Origin: Dehalococcoidia bacterium
GTDB taxonomy: Bacteria; Chloroflexota; Dehalococcoidia; Bin125
NCBI GenBank assembly: GCA_963555985.3
Contig: OY820591.1
Location: 1,120,001 to 1,184,000 of the forward strand
Reading direction: 5' to 3'
Length of the DNA stretch: 64,000 nucleotides
The position numbers were made by a program, and so were the translations under genes. The notes under the pieces were generated by a model that was not told where the DNA came from, ran no database searches, and was given only the letters and a program-made list of their open reading frames with translations. Numbering within the stretch: the first letter of the stretch is position 1; every line of letters starts with the position of its first letter. Below, one piece after another: positions 18,487 to 29,970 of this stretch.

Positions 18487-18567
18487 GCAGACAGGGTACC
18501 CGCATGGGTGACGGTCATGTAGAGCCTCCGAATCTGTGGCTTGGAGGCTAGTGGGTAGAATCGGAGT

Positions 18568-18924
18568 TCAGTACATGATCATGGTCGCTGGCACCAGACG
18601 CTGCTCGCCTGGATCGACGGCGAGCGCCAGTCCCTCAAGCGTGTACGCGCCCAGCAAGGCGGGGCCGTTGTCCCGGCCGAAGAACACGATTGTCACCTCT
18701 CGCTCGCCATCGATCGTCGCCCACGCACGCCCATAGTCCATGTCTACTCGACTTCCATCTGCGAGGAGCAACCGTCGCGTACCAATCGTTTCGACGCCTA
18801 GCTCGCGCAGGAATCGGCCGGGAAGCACCGTGTACGCCGCGCCTGTGTCGACGATGGCATCGATTTCGCGGGAATGCCGCTCGTCAAGGTCGGCGATTTC
18901 GATTGGATAGCTGAAGGTTCCCAT
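18568..18924 (-). CDS. Clan AA (retropepsin-like) aspartyl protease, copy 2
   Basis: AIVDTGA, 'LLGAYTLEGLALAVDP'; 118 aa. Confidence 0.88.
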   Translation of the reverse strand: MGTFSYPIEIADLDERHSREIDAIVDTGAAYTVLPGRFLRELGVETIGTRRLLLADGSRVDMDYGRAWATIDGEREVTIVFFGRDNGPALLGAYTLEGLALAVDPGEQRLVPATMIMY

Positions 18925-18956
18925 GCGGGTAGCGTATCCGAGTCCCCAAGCACGGA

Positions 18957-20219
18957 TCAGGCCGAAACGATCCGCAGCCAGTTTCGGCGGCCGATCTTGA
19001 GTTCGTCGCCTGCTCTGAGCGTTGCTCTGGCCTCGGTGGTGCGCTGGCCGTTGATCTGGACGGCTCCCTGGCGGATGAGACGCTTGGCTTCGGCGTTGCT
19101 GGCGGCGGCTCCGTTGCTGCTGATTAGATTCGCGAGTGTGACCACGATCGAATCAGCTTCGGAGAAGTCGAGCGCGGCTTCGGGCATCTCGGAAGGTGCG
19201 TCGCGCTGGGAGAAGACTCGATTCCACTCGGCTTCGGCTTCGGCTGCGGCGTCGTCTCCGTGCCATTCGCGGACGATCGAGTGGGCGAGCGCTTTCTTGG
19301 CGTCCATCGGTTTGAGCGCGCCTGATTTGAGGTCGGCGAGCAGGGCGTCGACTTCTTCGTTGGGGACTCCGGTGCCGTGGATGAAGAACTCTCCGATTGA
19401 GTCGTCCGGAATCGACATGGCCTTGCCGTACTGCTCGTTGGGCGGCTCATCGATGCCGATGTAGTTGCCGGTGCTTTTGGACATGCGTTGCTTGCCGTCG
19501 GTGCCGACCAGAATGGGCGTGAGCACTGCGACCTGCGGTGGTTGACCCGCGCGTTCTTGGAGGGTGCGGCCGCAGCCGATGTTGAAGGTTTGGTCGGTGC
19601 CGCCAAGTTGTACGTCCGCTTCCAAAGCTACGGCGTCTTGGCCTTGCATGAGTCCGTACATGAACTCGTGGACGTAGACGGGATCGCCGGCGGCGAGGCG
19701 TTTGGCGAAGGTGTCGCGCTGCTGGAACTGTTGGAGGGTGAAGTTGGAGGCGAGATTGATGACGTCGCCGAAGGAGAGCTTGCCCAGCCAATCGCTGTTG
19801 CGGCGGACTTCGGTGCGGTCGGGATCGAGCAATTTGAAGGCCTGCTCTCGGTAGGTGCGAGCGTTTTCTTCGAGGATGGCGGCGGCTTGCATGGGGCGGG
19901 CGGAGTCTTTGTCGGAGGGGTCTCCGACCAAGCCGGTGAAGTCGCCGATCAGGAGGATGGCTTGGTGACCGAGTTGCTGGAAGAGGGCGAGTTTGCGCAG
20001 GGTGACGCAGTGTCCGATATGGAGATCGGGTGAGGTTGGATCGACACCGAGGTAGACGCGCAGGGGGCGGTTCTGGCTCAGAGATTCGGTGAGTCGCTCA
20101 CGTAGCTCGCGTTCCATCGTGGCGCGGGTCTGTTCGTCGCCGTAGGCGGTACCGCGCATGATCAGCGCGTGCTGGCGCTCGACTTCGGCGAGAAGCTCTG
20201 GGCTGTGTTGGTCACTCAT
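18957..20219 (-). CDS. tyrS: Tyrosine--tRNA ligase
   Basis: GVDPTSPDLHIGH (HIGH), RMSKS (KMSKS), GGTDQTFN, C-terminal S4 domain. Confidence 0.97.
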   Translation of the reverse strand: MSDQHSPELLAEVERQHALIMRGTAYGDEQTRATMERELRERLTESLSQNRPLRVYLGVDPTSPDLHIGHCVTLRKLALFQQLGHQAILLIGDFTGLVGDPSDKDSARPMQAAAILEENARTYREQAFKLLDPDRTEVRRNSDWLGKLSFGDVINLASNFTLQQFQQRDTFAKRLAAGDPVYVHEFMYGLMQGQDAVALEADVQLGGTDQTFNIGCGRTLQERAGQPPQVAVLTPILVGTDGKQRMSKSTGNYIGIDEPPNEQYGKAMSIPDDSIGEFFIHGTGVPNEEVDALLADLKSGALKPMDAKKALAHSIVREWHGDDAAAEAEAEWNRVFSQRDAPSEMPEAALDFSEADSIVVTLANLISSNGAAASNAEAKRLIRQGAVQINGQRTTEARATLRAGDELKIGRRNWLRIVSA

Positions 20220-20239
20220 CGATTCGCTCCGGCAGGCGG

Positions 20240-21196
20240 TCAGGCGGGAAGTGCGGCGAGTAGGTCGCGGGCGGCGTCGCGGTCGCGTCCGATCTGTTCA
20301 ACGAGTGCGGCAACACCATCGAACTTGCGCTCACCGCGCAGGCGCTCAACGAACTCGACGCGCAGGTCGGTTCCGTAGATGTCGTCGTCGAAGTCCATGA
20401 TGTGGCACTCGATCGAGAGTCCGCCGCCATCGTCGAAGGTTGGGCGGACGCCGATGTTGGTGACCGAAGGAACCGGGCCATCCTGGAGATGGGCGATGGT
20501 GGCGTAGACGCCGGGTCCGGGGATGGCGCGGTCGTTGCCGATGGCGACGTTGGCGGTCGGGAAGCCGATTGAGCGTCCGCGCTTGAAGCCGACGATGACG
20601 GGTCCGTGCAGGGAGAAGCGGCGTCCGAGCAAGCGACCGACCTGGGCGACGTCGCCTTCGAGCAGGCAGCGGCGGATTTCAGTTGAGGAGACTTTCTCGT
20701 CGCCGTCCTCTGGTCGGGCGCTTGTGAGTAGGTCGATGACTTCGACCTCGAAGCCGAGCTGTTGGCCGAGTGCAGCGAGAGTTTCGGGATCGCCGCCGCG
20801 CTGTCGACCGAGGGCGAAGTCTTCGCCGATGATGAGGCGTGCGAGCTGGAATTCCTCAACCAGGGTTTGGACGAAATCACCGGCATCGGTTTGGGCGAAC
20901 TCGGAGGTGAAGCTGACGGTGGCGACGGCGTCCAGTCCGCAAGCCATGAGCAGAGAGAGGCGGTCTTCGAGGCTGGTGACGTACTCGGTGGTGAGGTCTG
21001 GTCGGAGAACTTGGCGAGGGTGCGGGTGAAAGGTGATGGCGGCGGCTGCGAGTTGATGTGAGCGGGCGCTGTCGATGACGTGGCGGAGGACGGCTTGGTG
21101 TCCGCGGTGGACGCCGTCGAAGACGCCGATCGTGAGGGCGGTAGGGCGTCCTGGTGCGGCGCGCCTCAGTTCGATTCGCGCCAACTCAGTGACCAC
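20240..21196 (-). CDS. ribF: Bifunctional riboflavin kinase/FAD synthetase
   Basis: IGVFDGVHRGHQ, VSSTEIR, GRSIGFPTAN, NIGVRPTF. Confidence 0.96.
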   Translation of the reverse strand: MVTELARIELRRAAPGRPTALTIGVFDGVHRGHQAVLRHVIDSARSHQLAAAAITFHPHPRQVLRPDLTTEYVTSLEDRLSLLMACGLDAVATVSFTSEFAQTDAGDFVQTLVEEFQLARLIIGEDFALGRQRGGDPETLAALGQQLGFEVEVIDLLTSARPEDGDEKVSSTEIRRCLLEGDVAQVGRLLGRRFSLHGPVIVGFKRGRSIGFPTANVAIGNDRAIPGPGVYATIAHLQDGPVPSVTNIGVRPTFDDGGGLSIECHIMDFDDDIYGTDLRVEFVERLRGERKFDGVAALVEQIGRDRDAARDLLAALPA

Positions 21197-21272
21197 GGGG
21201 TTTGGCCTTCCGTGTGGGCAGGGGATTTCGGGGAACTCAGCGTATCACCGGGTTGAGCTTGCTTTCGGTCGG

Positions 21273-21325
21273 ACCCCCCTCTGTCCCTACGGGACATCTC
21301 CCCCCGCACTGCGGGGGGAGAGGGG
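21273..21325. repeat. REP-like double-hairpin element
   Basis: CCCCCTC-TGTCCC-TAC-GGGACA-TCTCCCCCCGC-ACT-GCGGGGGGAGA; related elements at 26893 and 33124. Confidence 0.7.
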
Positions 21326-21359
21326 AAGGTGTGGATGCGGCGATGCTTGTAGCATCCAG

Positions 21360-23828
<2,469 letters not shown>

Positions 23829-23942
23829 GCTCTGCGTCTCCTGCGCGCGTGATCCAAGGGGAGATCAAGGGTGGGCGATGGGTATCGTCAGCGTACAACG
23901 CGGGTATCCTGCCGGAGAGTGGTAATCAGGAGAGGCGAGACG

Positions 23943-24449
23943 GTGTCAACAGACGCAGCAGGTCCGACGGTAGCGGTGATGATGGGATCGCACTCCGACT
24001 GGGAGACGATGCGGCGGACGGCTGCAACGCTCGACCAGCTTGGGATTAGCTGGGAAGCGCGGGTGCTCTCGATTCACCGCACGCCGACTGAGGCGACGGA
24101 GTACGCCGCGAGCGCTGCGGGTCGGGGGATTCAGGTGATCATTGCGGGCGCAGGAGGATCGGCGGCGCTGCCGGGGGCAGTGGCGGCGATCAGCGATTTG
24201 CCGGTGATTGGCGTGCCGGTCAAGGGCTGGGCGACGGACGGTCTGGATTCGCTGTTGTCGATTGCGCAGATGCCGCGCGGCGTGCCGGTGGGGGCGGTCG
24301 CGATCGGTTCGCACGGGGCGGTGAACGCGGCCTTGCTGGCGGCTCGGATTCTGGCGCTGCATGATGCAGAGATCACGTCCGCGCTGGTTGCATACCGAGA
24401 GGCGCGGGCACGGGAAGCGCTGGATGCGCCCCATCCTTCGCTTGACTGA
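23943..24449 (+). CDS. purE: N5-carboxyaminoimidazole ribonucleotide mutase
   Basis: MMGSHSD, SIHRTP, PVIGVP, LLSIAQMPRGVPV; GTG at 23943 after AGGAGAGG. Confidence 0.95.
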   Translation: MSTDAAGPTVAVMMGSHSDWETMRRTAATLDQLGISWEARVLSIHRTPTEATEYAASAAGRGIQVIIAGAGGSAALPGAVAAISDLPVIGVPVKGWATDGLDSLLSIAQMPRGVPVGAVAIGSHGAVNAALLAARILALHDAEITSALVAYREARAREALDAPHPSLD

Positions 24450-24457
24450 TTGTTGCG

Positions 24458-24976
24458 ATGGCTGTTCATCCGATCACTACGCTGCCGCGAAATGCCGACG
24501 TGTTGCGCACGCCGGCGCGACGGGTGCGTCGTTTCGATGCGTCCTTGCGGGCGCTGGTCGCGGATTTGATCGACTCGATGTACGCGGCGCATGGAGTGGG
24601 CATTGCTGCGCCACAGATTGGGGTTGGGTTGCGGGTGATCGTGATTGGGATGCCCGGGGAGCGGCCGTTTGTGATGGTGAATCCGGAGATCGTGAAACGG
24701 AGCGGGGAGCGCTCGCTGATCGAGGGGTGTTTGAGCGTACCCGGCTATCGAGGGCGGGTGACTCGTTCGATGCGGGTGTTGGCGAAGGCGCAGGATTTGT
24801 CGGGACGGGAGATCCGGATTCGGGCGGAGGATGACTTGCTCGCTCAGTGTCTGGAGCACGAGATCGATCATGTCAACGGCCGGGTGTACATCGATCACGT
24901 TCCCAGCCCCGACGTACTGTGGACGCTGGACGAGATGATCGAAGATGAGGACGATGAGGATGAGCCTGACGAGTGA
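24458..24976 (+). CDS. def: Peptide deformylase
   Basis: GVGIAAPQ, EGCLS, HEIDH motifs. Confidence 0.96.
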   Translation: MAVHPITTLPRNADVLRTPARRVRRFDASLRALVADLIDSMYAAHGVGIAAPQIGVGLRVIVIGMPGERPFVMVNPEIVKRSGERSLIEGCLSVPGYRGRVTRSMRVLAKAQDLSGREIRIRAEDDLLAQCLEHEIDHVNGRVYIDHVPSPDVLWTLDEMIEDEDDEDEPDE

Positions 24977-26399
24977 TGATCTCCGAGTGCTCGCTGAAGC
25001 CGACGAATCGGACGGTGTTTGGATTGTGGGGGGCGCGGTTCGGGACGCCCTCTTAGATAGGCACTCTCGAAATGCGGAGCTGGATTTGGTCGCGACCGGG
25101 GGGGAGGCTTGGGCGCAGGGAGCAGCAGCGGCGCTGGGTGCTTCGCTGGCGCGGATCAGCGCGAGTTTTCCGATTTGGCAGATCGTGCGGGATGGAAAGC
25201 CGCTCGCGGACGTCTGGCAGCTTGAGACGGATTTGGCTACCGATCTGCGCCGGCGCGACTTCACGGTGAATGCGATGGCGGTACCGCTGCGGGACTTTGC
25301 CGGGGGCGAGATTTTGCCCAATCTGGTGGATTTGTGCGGGGGACGTGAGGATCTGGCGGCGCGGCGGCTGCGGCTGGTGTCGGGCTCGGCGTTGATGGCG
25401 GATCCGCTGCGGGTGCTTCGGGCTGTGCGGTTTGAGAGTGAACTTGGATTGCGTCCTGACGCCGGGCTTCGGAGTGCAATGCGGGAGTCGGCGGGGCTGC
25501 TCTCCGGCGTCTCAGGGGAGCGTGTCTCGGCAGAGCTTGAGCGGATCGTGGTTGGGGATGGGTTTGCTTGGTCGCTGCGGCGGCTAGAGCAGTGCGGGGC
25601 GCTTGGGCGTCTGTTTCCTGAGCTGGAGCATTGCCGTGGGGTTGACCAGCGTCCAGTGCATCGGCGCGATGTGTTCTGGCACCAGTACGATGCCGTGCGC
25701 TGGATTATGCGGCTGACGGAGGATCGGCCTCCGCGCGGCGCGGTCGCACGAGAGTTTTGGACGGCTTTGGAACCGATCCGTGAGCAGGAGCAGGTTCGTA
25801 CAGCTCTGAAGCAGTGGCGGCTGCCGCTGCGAATCGCCACGCTGCTGCACGACATCGGCAAGCCGGATACGCGCGAGGTAGGGGCGGACGGACGCACGCA
25901 TTTCTACGGGCATTCCGAGCTTGGTGCCGGTCTCGCCGCGGTACGGCTGCGCGAGCTTCGCTTTCCGTCGCGTCTGATCGGGCAGGTGCGGTTGTTGATT
26001 GAGCAGCATCTTCGCCCCGGACAGGTGGCAGCGCCGGGGCAGGCTCCGACCAACCGAGCGCTGCATCGATTCCATAGCGCCTTGGGCGATGCCGCCGCGC
26101 CGTTGTGTTGGCTGTTTCTGGCCGACTCGCTGGCAACGGCGGGGTCATCAGCGCTGCTCCCCCGTTGGGGGGCATATGGCGCGCATGTCGGGCGTATCCT
26201 CGCGTGGGAGCCGCTCCGTTCTGTGGCTGCGCCGCGACTGCTTGACGGGCGCGGGATCATGGAGGCCGCGGGCATTGGTCCCGGCCCGCAAGTGGGGGCC
26301 ATTCTGCGTGAGATCGAGGAACGCGCCGCGCTCGGAGAGATCGAAACGGCGGAAGAGGCCCGCCAACTGGCGCGCGAACTCGCAACCGCACCCGCATAG
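24960..26399 (+). CDS. CCA-adding/poly(A) polymerase-family nucleotidyltransferase with HD domain
   Basis: VGGAVRD, RRDFTVNAMA, DPLRVLRAVRF, LLHDIGK; start uncertain (24945/24954/24960). Confidence 0.85.
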   Translation: MSLTSDDLRVLAEADESDGVWIVGGAVRDALLDRHSRNAELDLVATGGEAWAQGAAAALGASLARISASFPIWQIVRDGKPLADVWQLETDLATDLRRRDFTVNAMAVPLRDFAGGEILPNLVDLCGGREDLAARRLRLVSGSALMADPLRVLRAVRFESELGLRPDAGLRSAMRESAGLLSGVSGERVSAELERIVVGDGFAWSLRRLEQCGALGRLFPELEHCRGVDQRPVHRRDVFWHQYDAVRWIMRLTEDRPPRGAVAREFWTALEPIREQEQVRTALKQWRLPLRIATLLHDIGKPDTREVGADGRTHFYGHSELGAGLAAVRLRELRFPSRLIGQVRLLIEQHLRPGQVAAPGQAPTNRALHRFHSALGDAAAPLCWLFLADSLATAGSSALLPRWGAYGAHVGRILAWEPLRSVAAPRLLDGRGIMEAAGIGPGPQVGAILREIEERAALGEIETAEEARQLARELATAPA

Positions 26400-26431
26400 C
26401 GCGGGTCGCTCAGCATCGAAACGATCTGCTC

Positions 26432-26773
26432 ATGGCTGAAGTTCTACTCATCACTGCGCTCGTCGTGGCGCTGTTCTTTCTCTTCTTCATTCGTCCGGCG
26501 CGCTCGGAGGAACGCCGCCGTCAGCGCGATCTGAACGACCTTGAGGTAGGCGACACCGTGTTGACGCGGGGCGGTCTGATCGCGCGGGTGGATGGGGTTG
26601 AAACGCCGGAGGATGGGCCGATGGTGTTGCTGCTGCGATTTTCGGAGACGGTCGTGGTTCGGGCGCGAACGGGCGCGATTGCGGAGCGGATCGAGGCGTC
26701 GCAGTACGAGCCGGAGACGGTTGACGGCGAGGACGAATCTGAGCCGGTGGAGGACGAACGGGCAGTTCGTTAG
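26432..26773 (+). CDS. yajC: Preprotein translocase subunit YajC
   Basis: N-terminal TM + 'FFIRP', 'LEVGDTVLTRGGL'; upstream of secD. Confidence 0.9.
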   Translation: MAEVLLITALVVALFFLFFIRPARSEERRRQRDLNDLEVGDTVLTRGGLIARVDGVETPEDGPMVLLLRFSETVVVRARTGAIAERIEASQYEPETVDGEDESEPVEDERAVR

Positions 26774-26892
26774 GGGGCTTTTGGGAGACTTGTGCGTCAT
26801 TCCGTGTTGGAAGGGTTGTCTTGAGGATGCTCTGTCGCGGAGTGATTGGGGGTGGTGAGGTGTGATGTGGTCGGGAGGACTGTGTGGGTCTC

Positions 26893-26935
26893 ACCCCCTC
26901 TGCCCCGTTGGGGCCTCTCCCGCTCAAGGAGGAGA
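26893..26935. repeat. Degenerate REP-like hairpin element
   Basis: CCCCCTC-TGCCCC-GTT-GGGGC-CTCTCC...GGAGA, same architecture as 21273. Confidence 0.5.
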
Positions 26936-27054
26936 TTGATTGGGCTTCAAAGCTGATCTCAAGCGAGCGCGTGCCTATGCTGCATAACGTGCGCGCGCCT
27001 GTACACCAGATAGGGAGCGCGCGGTCATGAAAGTCAGGCGGTTCGGGCTACGCG

Positions 27055-28773
27055 ATGAGTTTTTTTCGCCGCTTCAGGTTCCGCGACGCTTACACGTTCG
27101 CCGTCATCATCATTCTGACCGCGTTTGCGATTGCCGCCTCATGGCCCGGCAATCCTGATCGGTACCTGCCCAATTTCATTCCTTGGCCAGAGGGCGGAGG
27201 AGTGCAGGTGGGCGACTGGACGCGAGATGAGTTTCGGCTTGGCCTGGATCTTGCGGGGGGCGTATCGATCACGCTCGAGGTCTCGGGTGAGGCCGCGCCT
27301 GTGCGGCGCGGCGAATCGCTGAGTCAGTTTCTTGAGCGCGAAGGGGCTGAGCTGGCGACTGTGCTCGAACTGAACCCCGCTCTCTCCGAGCTAGACGAGG
27401 AAGTCTACGACCTTCCGCTGCCCGAGGAGATTGGCGAGATCATCCTGCCCTTGGACGTGTCCGGCGCTGACCTGGAGGAAGCGGTCGAAGAATCACGACG
27501 AGTGATCGAGGAGCGCGTCAACGGATTCGGCATCTCTGAGGCGGAAGTGACGGTTGTCGGAGCGGATCGGATCAATGCGCAGATTCCTGGCGTGAACGCG
27601 GACGAGGCGTCCGATCTGGTGGGTTCGACGGCGCTGCTCGAGTTTCGGCAGATTGATCCGGCACAGCCGCAGCCGTCGGCTCCGGTGAATCAATTGGACA
27701 TTCAGGACGCGCTTGATGATGTCTGGGACGCGACCCTCCCGGATGATGAGCGATTCGTCAAGCGCGGCGCGCCCTACTTCATTCCACCCCCGGATGAGGA
27801 TGTGATCGTCGCTGACGGCGTGCGCTGGATTCCGGCGACTGGGATCAACCAGCAAGGAGAAACCGTGCAGTTGACCGGTCGGCATCTGATTGCCGACTCG
27901 ATCGCGCGGACGCTCGACAACGCCGGCGATCCGGCGCTCGCGTTCGAGTTTGAGGACGAGGGCGCGCGGTTGATGGAGCAGATCACGCGGCGGTTGTTCG
28001 AGACTCGCGGCCTGCTCGGGATCTTCGTCGACGGGCAGCTGATCAGTAGCCCTGCGGTCAATGCAGTGATCTCGGACAGCGGGATCATCAACGGGCTGTC
28101 CGAAGAGGACGCGATCACGCTCCGTCGCCAGCTTCGCGCCGGCGCCTTGCCGATCAATCTGCGGGTGTTGCAGAGCACTGAGGTCGCGGCGACGCTTGGC
28201 GAAGATTCGGTGATTGACACGGTGCAGGCCGGAGTGGTCGCGTTCGTGGCGATCGTGTTGTTCATGATGGTGTACTACCGAGTGCCGGGTGTGGTTGCGG
28301 CGCTCGCGCTGATCGTCTACGCGGCCGGCGTGATGGCGACCTTCAAGCTGGTGCCGATCACGCTGACGCTGGCTGGTGTGGCGGGATTGGTGCTTTCGAT
28401 CGGGTTTGCGGTGGACGGGAACGTGCTGATTTTCGAGCGGCTGAAGGAGGAGTTGCGGCTTGGACGCAGCCTGAACGGAGCGATTGAGACCGCCTGGGCG
28501 CGCGCCTGGCCCGCAATTCGGGACGGCAACGTTTCGACGATCATCACGGTGGCGATCCTCTGGCTGTTCGCGGATGCTCTAAATCAGAATCTGATCAAGT
28601 CGTTCGCGCTGGCGTTGCTCGTTGGGACAGGGTTCAGCTTCGTCACGGTGATCTTCGTCACACGGAACTTCCTCACCATCGCCGTGAGCACTGGACTGAT
28701 CCGAGGTCTCGCGCCCTTCGGAGTGCGTGAGCTGACGCTTGGCGCCCGTTCTGCGGGAGGTGCGCGATCATGA
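27055..28773 (+). CDS. secD: Protein translocase subunit SecD (with LysM-like insertion)
   Basis: LGLDLAGG, RVNGFGISE, LRAGALP, TLTLAGVAG, GFAVDGNVLIFER. Confidence 0.95.
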   Translation: MSFFRRFRFRDAYTFAVIIILTAFAIAASWPGNPDRYLPNFIPWPEGGGVQVGDWTRDEFRLGLDLAGGVSITLEVSGEAAPVRRGESLSQFLEREGAELATVLELNPALSELDEEVYDLPLPEEIGEIILPLDVSGADLEEAVEESRRVIEERVNGFGISEAEVTVVGADRINAQIPGVNADEASDLVGSTALLEFRQIDPAQPQPSAPVNQLDIQDALDDVWDATLPDDERFVKRGAPYFIPPPDEDVIVADGVRWIPATGINQQGETVQLTGRHLIADSIARTLDNAGDPALAFEFEDEGARLMEQITRRLFETRGLLGIFVDGQLISSPAVNAVISDSGIINGLSEEDAITLRRQLRAGALPINLRVLQSTEVAATLGEDSVIDTVQAGVVAFVAIVLFMMVYYRVPGVVAALALIVYAAGVMATFKLVPITLTLAGVAGLVLSIGFAVDGNVLIFERLKEELRLGRSLNGAIETAWARAWPAIRDGNVSTIITVAILWLFADALNQNLIKSFALALLVGTGFSFVTVIFVTRNFLTIAVSTGLIRGLAPFGVRELTLGARSAGGARS

Positions 28774-29969
28774 TCGACTTCGTGGGTCGCCGGCGTTTCT
28801 ATGCAGCTTTGTCGCTGATTCTGCTGATTCCCTCGCTGATCGCGTTGGGGCTGTGGCAGTTCGAGGCCGGGCTCGATTTTGCCGGCGGGCTTGAGTCTGA
28901 GGTTCGTTTCCTCGCCGACGCCGATGTCGAGGACATTCGCTCGGCCGTCGATCAGGCAGAGCCGCCCGAGGGCGTGGAGTTTGCGGTGAGTGCAGGCGAG
29001 AACGGGTTGTTCGTCGTTGAAGCGGCGCTCGACAGTGACTCTCCCGACTTGGCATCAGAGGCGGGGAATGTGGTGCGGGCGGCGCTCTCCGAACAGTTCG
29101 GTGAGTATCGGGAAACTGACTGGGTGACCGCTGCGGAGGAGTTCCGGGCGGAGTTCTGGCTTCCGGGGGCAGCGAGCCAGGACGAGGTGCGGGCGGCGCT
29201 GGAGACAGTCGACCTCGGCGGCGCGCGGATCCAACAGACCGCTGACGCTGCGTTCCGGATTCGGGTGGAACAACCGGGAGACGGAGATCTTGAGCGTCTG
29301 CGGCAGCGGATCAACGACTCGTTGCGCAGCGAGATTGGGCCGATTGCGGTGTTGCAGAGCTCGTCGGTGTCGGGCGTGCTGTCTGTGGAGATCGCGCGTG
29401 ATGCCGGGGTTGCGCTTGCGGTCGCGGCGGCGGCGATTTTGATCTACATCTCGCTCGCGTTCCGGCGGCTGCCGAATCCGGTGCTCTACGGGTCGGCCGC
29501 GATTGTGGCGCTGATACACGATGTCGCGATTGTTGCAGGGATCTTTGCGATCGGCGGGCGTTTCGCGGACCTCGAAGTGAACGCCATGTTCGTGACGGCT
29601 CTGCTGGCGATCATCGGATACAGCGTCAACGACACGATCGTGGTCTTCGACCGGATCCGCGAGAATCTGCTGCTTGACCCGCGCGAGGATTTTCGGCGGG
29701 TGATCAATGCGGCGATTACGCAGTCGCTGGGGCGTTCGTTGAATACGTCGATCACGGTGGTGTTGGCGCTGTTGGCGCTCTTGTTGATTGGCGGCGTGAC
29801 GGTGCGGCCGTTTGTGATTGTGCTCTTTATCGGGACAGTTGCGGGGACGTATTCGTCAATCGCGGTCGCGAGCCAGATTGTCTTCCTGTGGCAGGATGGG
29901 ACGCTGCCTCGGTTGCTGCGATTGAGCGGTGAGCGGCGTGAAGTGCGGCGAGTGGCTCGGCGGGCCTGA
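28770..29969 (+). CDS. secF: Protein translocase subunit SecF
   Basis: GLDFAGG, ALIHDV, IIGYSVNDTIVVFDRIRE, GTYSSI. Confidence 0.95.
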   Translation: MIDFVGRRRFYAALSLILLIPSLIALGLWQFEAGLDFAGGLESEVRFLADADVEDIRSAVDQAEPPEGVEFAVSAGENGLFVVEAALDSDSPDLASEAGNVVRAALSEQFGEYRETDWVTAAEEFRAEFWLPGAASQDEVRAALETVDLGGARIQQTADAAFRIRVEQPGDGDLERLRQRINDSLRSEIGPIAVLQSSSVSGVLSVEIARDAGVALAVAAAAILIYISLAFRRLPNPVLYGSAAIVALIHDVAIVAGIFAIGGRFADLEVNAMFVTALLAIIGYSVNDTIVVFDRIRENLLLDPREDFRRVINAAITQSLGRSLNTSITVVLALLALLLIGGVTVRPFVIVLFIGTVAGTYSSIAVASQIVFLWQDGTLPRLLRLSGERREVRRVARRA

Positions 29970-29970
29970 T

